Sequence record: MH221129.1
Direction: 5' to 3' (one strand)
Length of the DNA stretch: 64,000 nt
The position numbers and the translations under genes are program-made. Below are positions 19,372-27,978 of this stretch, one piece after another. Within the stretch, counting starts at the first letter, position 1. The number at the start of each line of letters is the position of its first letter. The notes beneath the pieces were generated by a model. That model saw only the letters and a list, made by a program, of their open reading frames with translations. It was not told the origin of the DNA and did not search any database.

Positions 19372-19556
19372 TTCCCCCATCCCCATGGACTGTGACCGGG
19401 CAGATTAATCCCCACGCAATCCATAGCCGGGTTAGGCTTCATGCTGGTAACTAACCAAGCCTGATGGATACGTTTCTCTTCTTCAGTAGGCGGAAAGTAG
19501 AAGCCGACCAAGCGCCCGTCCTCAATCAATTCAACGACTTCGTGTTCTGTAGTCAT
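19365..19556 (-). CDS. Hypothetical protein
   Basis: 63 aa, TAATG coupling with the upstream gene. Confidence 0.65.
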   Translation of the reverse strand: MTTEHEVVELIEDGRLVGFYFPPTEEEKRIHQAWLVTSMKPNPAMDCVGINLPGHSPWGWGKW

Positions 19557-20098
19557 TAGCTGTTCCTCTTCACCCAGGCTTGCACTGCCGCTTCAAAGCC
19601 TTCGTGTTCGATACCGAGGCGTTTCATTGCTAACATAGTGTTTAGCGCATTCGTAATTTCTTCACGGAAGCGATGGTCATCCATCTTACGCCAAACCTTG
19701 TCAGGACTAATCCCGAACACCTGGAACAGATACGCTTCGCGCAGCATAGCAGTGCGATAATAGCGTGGCTTCATCAGTGCGATTTGAACAACGGGGGTTA
19801 AGTCGAGTAGATGGCAAACGATAGTGGTTGGCGTACCGTTAACTCTATCGCGGCCAAACAGCATGGAATACCAGTTGACGGAACGAAGTATCTCGTCCTT
19901 TTCATCCATCAGGCTACTCATGGCCGGCGAGTCAGCCGATGCCCACCAACTTGACATTGCCGGACGGGTCATACCACGATTCAGCGGTGCGATCGTGTTG
20001 ATGCTATTTAACGGGACGGTTTCAAAGACATGCCGATATTCTTTCGCTGTCTCATCCCAGGCGAATTCAATTTTTTGTTCGCGAATAGCTGTGGTCAT
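19556..20098 (-). CDS. Hypothetical protein
   Basis: 180 aa, SD AGGAG. Confidence 0.75.
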   Translation of the reverse strand: MTTAIREQKIEFAWDETAKEYRHVFETVPLNSINTIAPLNRGMTRPAMSSWWASADSPAMSSLMDEKDEILRSVNWYSMLFGRDRVNGTPTTIVCHLLDLTPVVQIALMKPRYYRTAMLREAYLFQVFGISPDKVWRKMDDHRFREEITNALNTMLAMKRLGIEHEGFEAAVQAWVKRNS

Positions 20099-20109
20099 TC
20101 TAATGCTCC

Positions 20110-20325
20110 TTAGGGTAAAATAGCCTCCCGTTCAAACGGTTGAGGCTCAGGCAACGTACCGAGTGCTGCCTTGATGCAGGTATTTAACGGTGTACCAGAG
20201 AAAGTCACACGACCAATGGTACCGACGTTTACATGTGCACGAACAGGAAGGAATTCCTTCACGCGCTCGTACTCAGCCCAACAGATATCTGTATTTAAAG
20301 CTGAAAACCCTGGGCGGTTAAACAT
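20110..20325 (-). CDS. Small protein containing the EF-Tu N-terminal G1-region motif HVNVGTIG
   Basis: 71 aa, SD GAGGAG; YERVK....[11 protein letters not shown] versus EF-Tu [16 protein letters not shown]. Confidence 0.7.
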   Translation of the reverse strand: [71 protein letters not shown]

Positions 20326-20394
20326 AAATAGCTCTCCTCACGTAAAATTACCCCGCTCATAGTGAGGTAATCTGGTGAGGAGAGCGAGTACGGG

Positions 20395-20889
20395 CTAAGC
20401 TACTTCAGCCCCTACGGCATCAGCCGTTTCAACGTTGGTTTGTACCAACTTGGTGAACTCCAACCACTGCCCATCAGGCGAGACGGTTTTGTTAAAGCCA
20501 CGCGCTGTAAAGAACGCCACGCCAGACTCTTGAGCAGCGTAGATTCCTCCGTATGCGCTGCTGAACTCTTCCCGAGTTTTAAGCACATCGAACAACTGAG
20601 TCATCACTTTGCGACGACGTGCCATTTCAGACACATACATCGAGCGAAACTTCAGTACCCCGCTAATTACACGATACAAACAATAGCCAACGGGGGTGTC
20701 ACCTTCTAAAGCAATCGCCGCACGATTACCAGCCAACAACTTCTCGATGGAGAGCATTGGTACTTCACCCTTCTCGATCTGCAGAACATTACGCTGATGG
20801 TTTAAGAACTTATAATGTAAAGCCAACAGCTGTTTGTTTTGTGCGTCGGTTAAATCAGAAGAGGAGGAAAGAATGACAATTTCGGCCAT
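20395..20889 (-). CDS. GNAT-family N-acetyltransferase
   Basis: PVGYCLY, MYVSEMARRRKVMTQL (motif A variant), GVAFFTARGF. Confidence 0.75.
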   Translation of the reverse strand: MAEIVILSSSSDLTDAQNKQLLALHYKFLNHQRNVLQIEKGEVPMLSIEKLLAGNRAAIALEGDTPVGYCLYRVISGVLKFRSMYVSEMARRRKVMTQLFDVLKTREEFSSAYGGIYAAQESGVAFFTARGFNKTVSPDGQWLEFTKLVQTNVETADAVGAEVA

Positions 20890-21032
20890 GAGGATATTCC
20901 TGAGATTTGCTTATTCATGCCACTGAATAAACGAGTTAACGAAAATGTGTATGTCTTAAGTCTACCGGTGTTGTTTGGCAGTAACGATAACTGCCGCAGG
21001 TGAGAATTCGTTCTCTTTACGGAACGATATTC

Positions 21033-21284
21033 TTAGCATCGTCGCTGAAAGCGACGTGATGCTGAGGTAACCTTTTGACGCCACATTCTCTCATGGCGGC
21101 GTTGATTACCACGCCAGTCTTCAATATCCAGGCGTGAAACTGCTTCTACATCCTGACACGGTTCGCTGTCAATAATTTCTGCCAGCGGGTAGGGCCTCCC
21201 TAACATCCCGATGGGAATACCACAACCAAGAACCCGTATCTTCGTTCTATCTTCTTCATCTGTCTTACACGTTGAATCTCCCAC
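21033..21284 (-). CDS. Hypothetical protein
   Basis: GTG start after SD GGAGG; 83 aa. Confidence 0.65.
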   Translation of the reverse strand: MGDSTCKTDEEDRTKIRVLGCGIPIGMLGRPYPLAEIIDSEPCQDVEAVSRLDIEDWRGNQRRHERMWRQKVTSASRRFQRRC

Positions 21285-21298
21285 TTATCCTCCCGTTG

Positions 21299-21400
21299 TT
21301 AAAACCAACCTTGCGTCAATGCAATGATTGCCCCAATACCGAACGATACTAATGATGCCACGACCAGCACCCCGTAAGCTATCGTTCGACCCACAAACAT
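21299..21400 (-). CDS. 33 aa single-TM micro-protein (MFVGRTIAYGVLVVASLVSFGIGAIIALTQGWF)
   Basis: Translated by hand; TAATG coupling to the upstream micro-ORF; not in the ORF track. Confidence 0.65.
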   Translation of the reverse strand: MFVGRTIAYGVLVVASLVSFGIGAIIALTQGWF

Positions 21401-21531
21401 TAAAAAAGCCATGCCGCTAATACCGCCCCTATCCCGCAGATAACCAGCGTAATAATAACATCAGTCCAGGACGCACCCTCGTACGCCCCAGTAGCAATCA
21501 AAACTGCATTAACTGTGTTCACGGTTGTCAT
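21400..21531 (-). CDS. 43 aa single-TM micro-protein (MTTVNTVNAVLIATGAYEGASWTDVIITLVICGIGAVLAAWLF)
   Basis: Translated by hand; SD GAGGG upstream; not in the ORF track. Confidence 0.65.
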   Translation of the reverse strand: MTTVNTVNAVLIATGAYEGASWTDVIITLVICGIGAVLAAWLF

Positions 21532-21715
21532 AGGCCGGGTCCCTCAATAACGGCGGCTGACAGCTTAGACGCCCGAAGTACATCCCTTCAAGGAAGACTA
21601 AGAACATTAAAAACCAAAACGGTGGCGTCGCCCGTGCCAGGAAAATTCCTAGCACCACAACAACGTGCAGGCACACAACCGCACAGAACTTTAATCGTGA
21701 CTTACGTTTTGCCAT
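21509..21715 (-). CDS. Small two-TM membrane protein
   Basis: MAKRKSRLKFCAVVCLHVVVVLGIFLA...; start moved to ATG 21715. Confidence 0.65.
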   Translation of the reverse strand: MAKRKSRLKFCAVVCLHVVVVLGIFLARATPPFWFLMFLVFLEGMYFGRLSCQPPLLRDPAYDNREHS

Positions 21716-21806
21716 GGAAAGCCCAACCTTTGGTTCGGATAATCCAGTTCCACCCGCCACGAATTAAATACAACGCGACACCTGTTAATACAACGCCTTC
21801 AATCAT
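21702..21806 (-). CDS. 34 aa micro-protein (MIEGVVLTGVALYLIRGGWNWIIRTKGWAFHGKT)
   Basis: Translated by hand; SD GGGGG; fills the gap between overlapping neighbours. Confidence 0.6.
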   Translation of the reverse strand: MIEGVVLTGVALYLIRGGWNWIIRTKGWAFHGKT

Positions 21807-21999
21807 GATTGCCCCCATAATCCCGCCACTCGCAACGGCCGTCGAACAAGCGGTCCCTAATCGCCGCTAATCCATAGACAATCGCTGCGAATGTCACGGT
21901 TACACAACAGAAAACTACGTAGCTAATTACGACCAAGAACTTAGCTACGTAGAATAACCAATAAAGCGCTAAGCGCCAACCCTTATGCTGCGTCTGCAT
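21799..21999 (-). CDS. Small membrane protein
   Basis: 66 aa with a long hydrophobic stretch; overlaps the sbcC stop. Confidence 0.6.
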   Translation of the reverse strand: MQTQHKGWRLALYWLFYVAKFLVVISYVVFCCVTVTFAAIVYGLAAIRDRLFDGRCEWRDYGGNHD

Positions 22000-24502
22000 A
22001 TTTGATTTTTACTCCTTCGTTATACACCGCTGGAAGTGTGACTCCCTCTGGTTCAATGACGCAGTATGTCGCTTCATTCAGCTTTGAGTGCACTTCAGCT
22101 TCGTGAGAAACGACCAACAACTGTGAGAATTCACCACTGTTCGCCAACGACTTAATAAAGCCGACCAAGCGATTACGGTGTTCCTCATCCATGCCTTCCG
22201 AGGGTTCATCCAATAACAAAGGGTATTGTTGTAAACCAAGTGCCTTATACGCTGTTAAACGGAACATCATGTTAAAGATAATGCGTTGAGCTTTAGACCC
22301 TTTCTTCACGTCCGGCACCAGTTCATCGTGGTCTTTCAGCCGTACAGGGAAGGTATAATCCATATCCCCTTCGGTTAAGTCACACGGAATCACTTGCATC
22401 GAATATGACCACACCAGCTCGATATAGTGGTTCATCAAATCGGTGATACGCATAATCGCCAAATAGAAGTAACGACGCAGAATCCCCTTTTCTGGAGACA
22501 AAGCGTTGATAATCAATTTGGTGTGTTGATGCTCGTTCATCAGCTCGTCTTGTTCTTTCTCTAACTCACCCAAGCGTGCGATTGCCGACTCCATCTGTCG
22601 AAAACGTTCGCGAGCCGATGTATACGCATCCAGCTTACCTTCACGCTGCTGCAACAGATTACGCACAACCACGTTATTTAACGAGGTGCCCATGTCAGCG
22701 GTCAACAGCCCGAAGTTGGTTTGGAACTGTTCGATGGCTTGCTTGGTTTTTGTCAGATAATCGATTTGACGTGCCACGGCATTTGCTTCGTTACGCGCCG
22801 TCGTCTGGTTTGCTTGTGCAGCATCGAGACGTTGTCGTACGTGGGCAATTTTCTGGCCTAGCGCCCCGTCAACATTCCCGATAGCCGCAACCGCATTTGC
22901 CCATTCCCGTTCAGCAGTGATTAGCTGTTCACGTTGACGCAAGCAACGAGGAGCTGCCTCTAACTCTTGACCAAACATCGCAGCCAGTGAGCCGTACAGA
23001 TGACGGTTGGTTGTAAAGACGTCACGTTCCTGGAGTTTACGGAAGAACAGGCCCAGAACTGGGTCTTTAGAGTACGTCATGATAATCTCACGAATAACCC
23101 GGAGACTACTGACGTCTTCTTCAACTTCTTTACGGTCACGCATCAAACCTTCTAACTCGGCAACCAGCTGACGTTTCCAGTCTTCGTTATCGTTAATGGC
23201 TTTTTCAATCTCTTGGAGAGACTTACGGACGCCTGGGCGAAAACGGAAGTTACATTTCGGACAATCCACTTCACTGGTGTCCATGAAATGTTGACGCTCA
23301 TGATACAAACCGTGAAGCACATTCTCACAGCGCTGTCGACGTTCAGCTAAGCCCGCAGACAATGCATCCATCTGCAAGAGTTTCTTTTCCAGTACCCCTA
23401 AACGCTCTGGGGACTTTACCTGATCAAGATGCTGCGTTAGTGGCAGATTCCAGTTACGCGCATCTGCACTGGCGGCGGCAATCATATCCGCGGTAATGCG
23501 AGTACCTTCAAACAGTTCAGGGAACAACCACTGCTGCGAATCAAACGCTGCAATCTCTTCCTTCAAACGTTCAATGGTTTCTTTTAGCCCGGTGTGATTT
23601 CGCATCAAATAATCTTGCCGGGTTTCTTCATCCAGTAAATGAGAGAGTTCTTTATTCAGCATCACCACTTCAGTTTCAGCCGAAGCGGCTTGTTCTCGCC
23701 AAACCATCTCAACGCGCTTCTGCGCGTCTATCATCACATCATCGGGTAACGCACCCTGGCGCTCCATAATGAGCTTCACAGCAGGCTGTAGCGCGTTTAA
23801 ACGGCGTTGGATGCTATCAAGCGAGACGCTGTTGTCTAAACGATTGCGAGACTCGATTTGTTTGTTCAAATCCTGCAACTCGCGGTCGAGTTCAACAAGT
23901 CGTTCCTCTAAACGGGTTTTATCGGCTTCATCTTCGACGACCCGCATTTTTGCTTCGGCAATTTTCTTCCCGACATGCTCAACAGCGCCGTTAAGACTAC
24001 TGGCGTGTTTGCGGAGCTTGCGATAGAGACCAACAGCGTACGTCAAATCGGACGCCGACATTAACGTAAACCATTTACGACGGACTTCGGTTGATGCATC
24101 AGTTAACAACACTTCACCGTTAATGAGTTCTTTGATTTCTTTGGTGATGCCTGTTAGTTGTTCAACCATCGAGTTGTAGACTTTGCTGTTTACAGCGTTA
24201 ACAACGATGGTGCCTTTAGAAAGGTTTTCAATGGTGCAAGATAACGATGAGCCCCGACGAAGGACTTCGAACTTAAAGCGGTCGTCCCCAACAACACAAA
24301 AGTTAGTGTACGATCCACCTTCACGAAATTCTGATTTTGCTGGTGCAAGAGGAAGGAAAACTGAGAGGAGGCTTGTCTTACCACAACCGTTACCACCGAG
24401 TATGATGGTAACTAAAGATTTCAGGGTAAAGTCGAAGGTCTCGATCTCATGCAACCCCATGCCGGTAAATCCTTTCAAAATGATACGTTCGACCTTGAGC
24501 AT
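21983..24502 (-). CDS. sbcC: SbcC/Rad50-like SMC ATPase
   Basis: Walker A GGNGCGKTS, long coiled-coil with central zinc hook CPKC, degenerate signature KGSKAQ, Walker B LLLDEP, H-loop VVSHE. Confidence 0.9.
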   Translation of the reverse strand: MLKVERIILKGFTGMGLHEIETFDFTLKSLVTIILGGNGCGKTSLLSVFLPLAPAKSEFREGGSYTNFCVVGDDRFKFEVLRRGSSLSCTIENLSKGTIVVNAVNSKVYNSMVEQLTGITKEIKELINGEVLLTDASTEVRRKWFTLMSASDLTYAVGLYRKLRKHASSLNGAVEHVGKKIAEAKMRVVEDEADKTRLEERLVELDRELQDLNKQIESRNRLDNSVSLDSIQRRLNALQPAVKLIMERQGALPDDVMIDAQKRVEMVWREQAASAETEVVMLNKELSHLLDEETRQDYLMRNHTGLKETIERLKEEIAAFDSQQWLFPELFEGTRITADMIAAASADARNWNLPLTQHLDQVKSPERLGVLEKKLLQMDALSAGLAERRQRCENVLHGLYHERQHFMDTSEVDCPKCNFRFRPGVRKSLQEIEKAINDNEDWKRQLVAELEGLMRDRKEVEEDVSSLRVIREIIMTYSKDPVLGLFFRKLQERDVFTTNRHLYGSLAAMFGQELEAAPRCLRQREQLITAEREWANAVAAIGNVDGALGQKIAHVRQRLDAAQANQTTARNEANAVARQIDYLTKTKQAIEQFQTNFGLLTADMGTSLNNVVVRNLLQQREGKLDAYTSARERFRQMESAIARLGELEKEQDELMNEHQHTKLIINALSPEKGILRRYFYLAIMRITDLMNHYIELVWSYSMQVIPCDLTEGDMDYTFPVRLKDHDELVPDVKKGSKAQRIIFNMMFRLTAYKALGLQQYPLLLDEPSEGMDEEHRNRLVGFIKSLANSGEFSQLLVVSHEAEVHSKLNEATYCVIEPEGVTLPAVYNEGVKIKYADAA

Positions 24503-24522
24503 GATTGCCTTCTAATGAAAAA

Positions 24523-24551
24523 GTATTAGTCATTCATATCCAAAAGGTCAA
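24523..24551 (-). promoter_or_regulatory. Sigma70-like promoter TTGACC-N17-TAATAC
   Basis: 5/6 match at -35, 3/6 at -10 (TAATAC; the conserved final T is missing), 17-nt spacer, 20 nt upstream of sbcC. Confidence 0.35.
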
Positions 24552-24555
24552 GCGT

Positions 24556-24587
24556 AAAAAATAGAGTTGGAACCCCGAAGGGTTCCA
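24556..24587 (-). terminator. Intrinsic terminator with a cUUCGg loop
   Basis: TGGAACCC-TTCG-GGGTTCCA plus a T-run. Confidence 0.85.
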
Positions 24588-24595
24588 GGTACTGA

Positions 24596-25222
24596 TTAGC
24601 GTGGGGTGTACTTCTGATGACCGATGGATTTCCAGAAGGCGTCGTTTTTCTCACGCGTCTTCTCAATCCATGCACGTCCAGCAGGTGAGTCGATAACTTT
24701 GGCGGTTTGTTCGAGGAGGAAGATGGTCAGCTCAGGGCTGCGGGCGGGTGCTACGTTGTCCAGATAGATAGGTACAAGGTAGTTAGTTTTGATTTCTTCG
24801 TACGGTTGTGATTGGTGTGTAGCAACCACCCAACCATCGGCGGTCTTACCAACAGCTAATGTTTCAACGGTCAGTTCTTCACCAATCCAGTTGACAACTT
24901 CGGCCATCATTTCGCCGTTGTTATCAAAGAAGAATACCAGACGTTTCGGCTGCTCGACCGTCCCAGCCAGATCTAATGCTGCCGTACCGGTGAATACGGT
25001 GTTGTTCAAGTTGCGTTCAGCGTACGGTGTTGCAAACCAGTCTTCGAGCTGCTCCCATGCACGCGGCATCACCCGTGCAAAGAAGTCTCTCAGGCGAGGG
25101 TATTCCAGGAAGCCTTCAACTTCTTCTTCCATCAGGTTAATGCGCAGCTTAGCGTCGTTGCGGTTAGCAGCTTGGCAGTTCGCCATGTCGCTGATGAAGC
25201 GCATCAGGGTAATTTCGTTCAT
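24596..25222 (-). CDS. Hypothetical protein
   Basis: 208 aa, SD AAGGA, flanked by terminators. Confidence 0.8.
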   Translation of the reverse strand: MNEITLMRFISDMANCQAANRNDAKLRINLMEEEVEGFLEYPRLRDFFARVMPRAWEQLEDWFATPYAERNLNNTVFTGTAALDLAGTVEQPKRLVFFFDNNGEMMAEVVNWIGEELTVETLAVGKTADGWVVATHQSQPYEEIKTNYLVPIYLDNVAPARSPELTIFLLEQTAKVIDSPAGRAWIEKTREKNDAFWKSIGHQKYTPR

Positions 25223-25240
25223 GGTTAATCCTTATTCAAC

Positions 25241-25270
25241 AAAAAAAGAAGGTAGCCCGTAGGCTACCTC
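25241..25270 (-). terminator. Intrinsic terminator with a cUACGg loop
   Basis: AGGTAGCC-TACG-GGCTACCT plus T7. Confidence 0.85.
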
Positions 25271-25276
25271 TTGTGA

Positions 25277-25777
25277 TTACAGCCCCATATGCATAAGAGA
25301 AATGATTGGGACGCGCTGTCCACGAATCGTTGCATACGGCTGATACATTTCGACGTTAGTAGAGAAGATGTCGTGGGCGGCAAATCGCTCACCTGTGGAC
25401 AACTCAAGCACTTCGATAGAGTCGCCCCAGAAGTTGTTCACCACGACGTGGTCGACCGTATTGTCTTCACGGCCTTCGGGGGTCTTGCAGTACGTAGCTG
25501 CAGCGTACCAATCTTTACGGTACACCTCGTAGCCCGCATGGAGCATACGGTAATAAGGACGCAGCTGAGGGGCGTTCAATGCATCATCACACCACTCGCT
25601 GTGAATGGTGTTAATCAGCTCAATTGCTTCGGCTGGGACATCAGCACGGTTCAGGGTCATTTCACCCAGCAGCTTCAGTTTCCAACCGGTAGATAAGATT
25701 GCGCGTGTACGTTCAGGATTCACAGCCATTTGGGTGAAGAAGGTTGAACGTACGTTGTCAAATGTAGTAGTGTTCAT
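25277..25777 (-). CDS. Hypothetical protein
   Basis: 166 aa, SD AAGGA. Confidence 0.8.
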   Translation of the reverse strand: MNTTTFDNVRSTFFTQMAVNPERTRAILSTGWKLKLLGEMTLNRADVPAEAIELINTIHSEWCDDALNAPQLRPYYRMLHAGYEVYRKDWYAAATYCKTPEGREDNTVDHVVVNNFWGDSIEVLELSTGERFAAHDIFSTNVEMYQPYATIRGQRVPIISLMHMGL

Positions 25778-25885
25778 TTAAATAATCCTTACGGTTAATA
25801 GTCGATTTAAAAAGGACCCCGCGGCGTGATTGTGTTGGGGAAGTTACCGCGGGGCCAAAGTGAGACGGGTCGTTCGTCTCATGTG

Positions 25886-25903
25886 GATAACATCTGTTTG
25901 AAA
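25886..25903 (-). promoter_or_regulatory. Putative phage promoter motif copy (TTTCAAACAGATGTTATC)
   Basis: Repeated intergenic 18-mer. Confidence 0.55.
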
Positions 25904-25915
25904 TCTTTTCGGTTG

Positions 25916-26299
25916 TTAGTCAAGTGAAACCGAACCCTGGATTTTACCTTCCTGTTCGATAACCAGTAACCGTTTCTTGGTTTTCTGATTATACGCCAGG
26001 CTGGCTTTCAGAGTTGGGTCACACGTCACTGTGTTAACAGGCAAGATTTCCTGTGCCTTCGAGTCCAGCACGAAGTAATAACCGGCTGGGCAAGTTTCAC
26101 CACCGTTCGCGTGAATCAGGATATATTCATCGTGACGCTGAATTTCTTCACAGGTGTTACTACCATTACTGCACACCTCGAAAGAAGGCGGGTTGTAATT
26201 GTACGTCGAACTTAACAACAAATCAGTTACATTAGTTGAAGCTACTGCAGACGCGGTGAAGAAGATTCCCGCAACAACGAAAGCCATGATTCCACGCAT
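25916..26299 (-). CDS. Exported disulfide-bonded protein (paralog 1)
   Basis: Signal peptide MRGIMAFVVAGIFFTASAVA; GGETCPAGYYFVLD motif; 4 Cys. Confidence 0.8.
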   Translation of the reverse strand: MRGIMAFVVAGIFFTASAVASTNVTDLLLSSTYNYNPPSFEVCSNGSNTCEEIQRHDEYILIHANGGETCPAGYYFVLDSKAQEILPVNTVTCDPTLKASLAYNQKTKKRLLVIEQEGKIQGSVSLD

Positions 26300-26311
26300 G
26301 GAGAGTGTCCC

Positions 26312-26722
26312 TTAGAAGTTGATTTTGTTCACACCTACGTTCTTTTTGTTCGTAGGGTCGTAGAGAATGACGGTCAGGGTTTTATCCCCTGGGTCACGTG
26401 TAAATTCGGCGACAGCCTCACCTTTGCAGGTTTGGTTGTTGTTGTAATTCATCATTTCTGCCTGCCCAGAGGTCAGATTGATAACGCCGTATTGTGGGTC
26501 AGGGCAAGCGACCCCGCCCAGGGTTTTCACCAGCGCATAGCGTGCATTATCGGAAAGTGAGACAATTGTACATAGTCCGTCTTTCACGTCACTGTTCTGG
26601 CACCAAAACTCGCCGCCGTACTGAGCATCGTTTACCTTGTTTGGTAATTGAATCTCAGCAGCTTTGACGAGGAAACTGATCGCAAACAATGCGATTGAAA
26701 ATGGCAGCATGAAGGATTTCAT
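26312..26722 (-). CDS. Exported disulfide-bonded protein (paralog 2)
   Basis: Signal MKSFMLPFSIALFAISFLVKA; GGVACPDPQYGVIN; 4 Cys. Confidence 0.8.
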   Translation of the reverse strand: MKSFMLPFSIALFAISFLVKAAEIQLPNKVNDAQYGGEFWCQNSDVKDGLCTIVSLSDNARYALVKTLGGVACPDPQYGVINLTSGQAEMMNYNNNQTCKGEAVAEFTRDPGDKTLTVILYDPTNKKNVGVNKINF

Positions 26723-26734
26723 GATACACCTCTT

Positions 26735-27232
26735 TTATAAACGGTTTAAATCTTCCAGTGTCTCCACTGTTTTGTTGTTGTAATAAACGGCCATAGCATA
26801 ACCGCCAAAGCTGGACTCGGAACGAACGAATCCTACTTTGAAGTTACCACGGCAGATTTGCTGTGCGTTCGCACTGCTTTTCTTTGGAATCACTGACAGT
26901 GAATTGCCGGTGTTCCGGTTGATGAGGCCGTACATGCCGTTAGGACATGTGCTATCACCAACGATGTGCACGAGAGCGTAGTTACCATCCGGACTAACGG
27001 ACGTAACACTGCAACGCTTGTGCAGCACCAAATACGCGTTACAGGAGAATAATTTCCCTGTAGCCACGTTACGCGTAACGGCAGGAACGCTGCCGTTAAG
27101 TGTTCCCTGGTATCCATCAAACTCATCTGCGTGCGCTTGCTGAATAGTGAAACTGCCGACGATAATCATCAGCAGCACGGTAAATAAGACGACTTTCACG
27201 AGGTAGCGGTTAACGGTGCGAATTGATTTCAT
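26735..27232 (-). CDS. Exported disulfide-bonded protein (paralog 3)
   Basis: Start moved to ATG 27232 (SD GGAG); signal ending QAHA; GDSTCPNGMYGLIN; 4 Cys. Confidence 0.8.
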   Translation of the reverse strand: MKSIRTVNRYLVKVVLFTVLLMIIVGSFTIQQAHADEFDGYQGTLNGSVPAVTRNVATGKLFSCNAYLVLHKRCSVTSVSPDGNYALVHIVGDSTCPNGMYGLINRNTGNSLSVIPKKSSANAQQICRGNFKVGFVRSESSFGGYAMAVYYNNKTVETLEDLNRL

Positions 27233-27620
27233 TTTTGACGTCTCCACGATTGAGAGTGATGCGACCAATCAGCTCCCCGTTGTGATAGAAATCAACGGCT
27301 ACCAGATTCGGTAGGGCCAATGGTGCGATGCTGACTGAACTAACGGTCGGTTGCGTACAACTAATGTCGTACAGGCGCTGATACATTTTCAGCTTTTTAT
27401 CGGCCAACACTAAACCCGTGCAGGTGTTCCCGTTCATGAGTTTGTAGACTTGAAGTTGTTCCACTTGTCGGAGAAGTACGGGCTTCTCATTTGGTGCGAT
27501 AGCGTAATCGCTATCTGCTGTGGTGTAACTCCGTACATCTGGTTTCTCGAAGGCGTATGTTACTGCTGCACCCAGAAAAGCCAGAACCGCTACTACTTTT
27601 AAGAACGTATTGATTTTCAT
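27210..27620 (-). CDS. Exported protein (diverged paralog 4)
   Basis: Signal MKINTFLKVVAVLAFLGAAVTYA; NGNTC and ISC Cys pair. Confidence 0.75.
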   Translation of the reverse strand: MKINTFLKVVAVLAFLGAAVTYAFEKPDVRSYTTADSDYAIAPNEKPVLLRQVEQLQVYKLMNGNTCTGLVLADKKLKMYQRLYDISCTQPTVSSVSIAPLALPNLVAVDFYHNGELIGRITLNRGDVKNEINSHR

Positions 27621-27638
27621 TTTGTACTCGATGGTCGA

Positions 27639-27878
27639 TTAGTGAATTACTTTAGAATGTTCTACTACGATGCGTTTAACTTCACCGGTGTTAACATGCG
27701 ACACCAGTAAAGAAGCATTGATAGGATGCGTGTGCGATTTCCACTGTTTCCGGGTTGGAATCACCATGTGGTCTGGATATACAACCAATTCCACAACATC
27801 CCCGAGTTCCTGACTGCAGCAGATAACTCGATAACGGTCGACGGTAGCACCGGCGTTGTTTGCGATAACTAGTTCCAT
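27639..27878 (-). CDS. Hypothetical protein
   Basis: Start moved to ATG 27878 after GGGGA. Confidence 0.65.
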   Translation of the reverse strand: MELVIANNAGATVDRYRVICCSQELGDVVELVVYPDHMVIPTRKQWKSHTHPINASLLVSHVNTGEVKRIVVEHSKVIH

Positions 27879-27956
27879 GTATCGTTCCCCAACGATAAAA
27901 AAGAAGAAGGCCACCCGAAGGTAGCCGACGTGAGTTAATTGCTCAACTCTCACTTA

Positions 27957-27974
27957 AGTAATATATATCTGAAA
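27957..27974 (-). promoter_or_regulatory. Putative phage promoter motif copy (TTTCAGATATATATTACT)
   Basis: Repeated intergenic 18-mer; contains TATTAC. Confidence 0.55.
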
Positions 27975-27978
27975 TAAT

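Noticed and set aside
25815-25881. GC-rich hairpins (CCCCGCGG..CCGCGGGG; TGAGACG..CGTCTCA) as a tRNA or ncRNA
   Set aside because: No cloverleaf, T-loop or CCA; best explained as terminator or leader hairpins. No tRNA was seen anywhere in the window.
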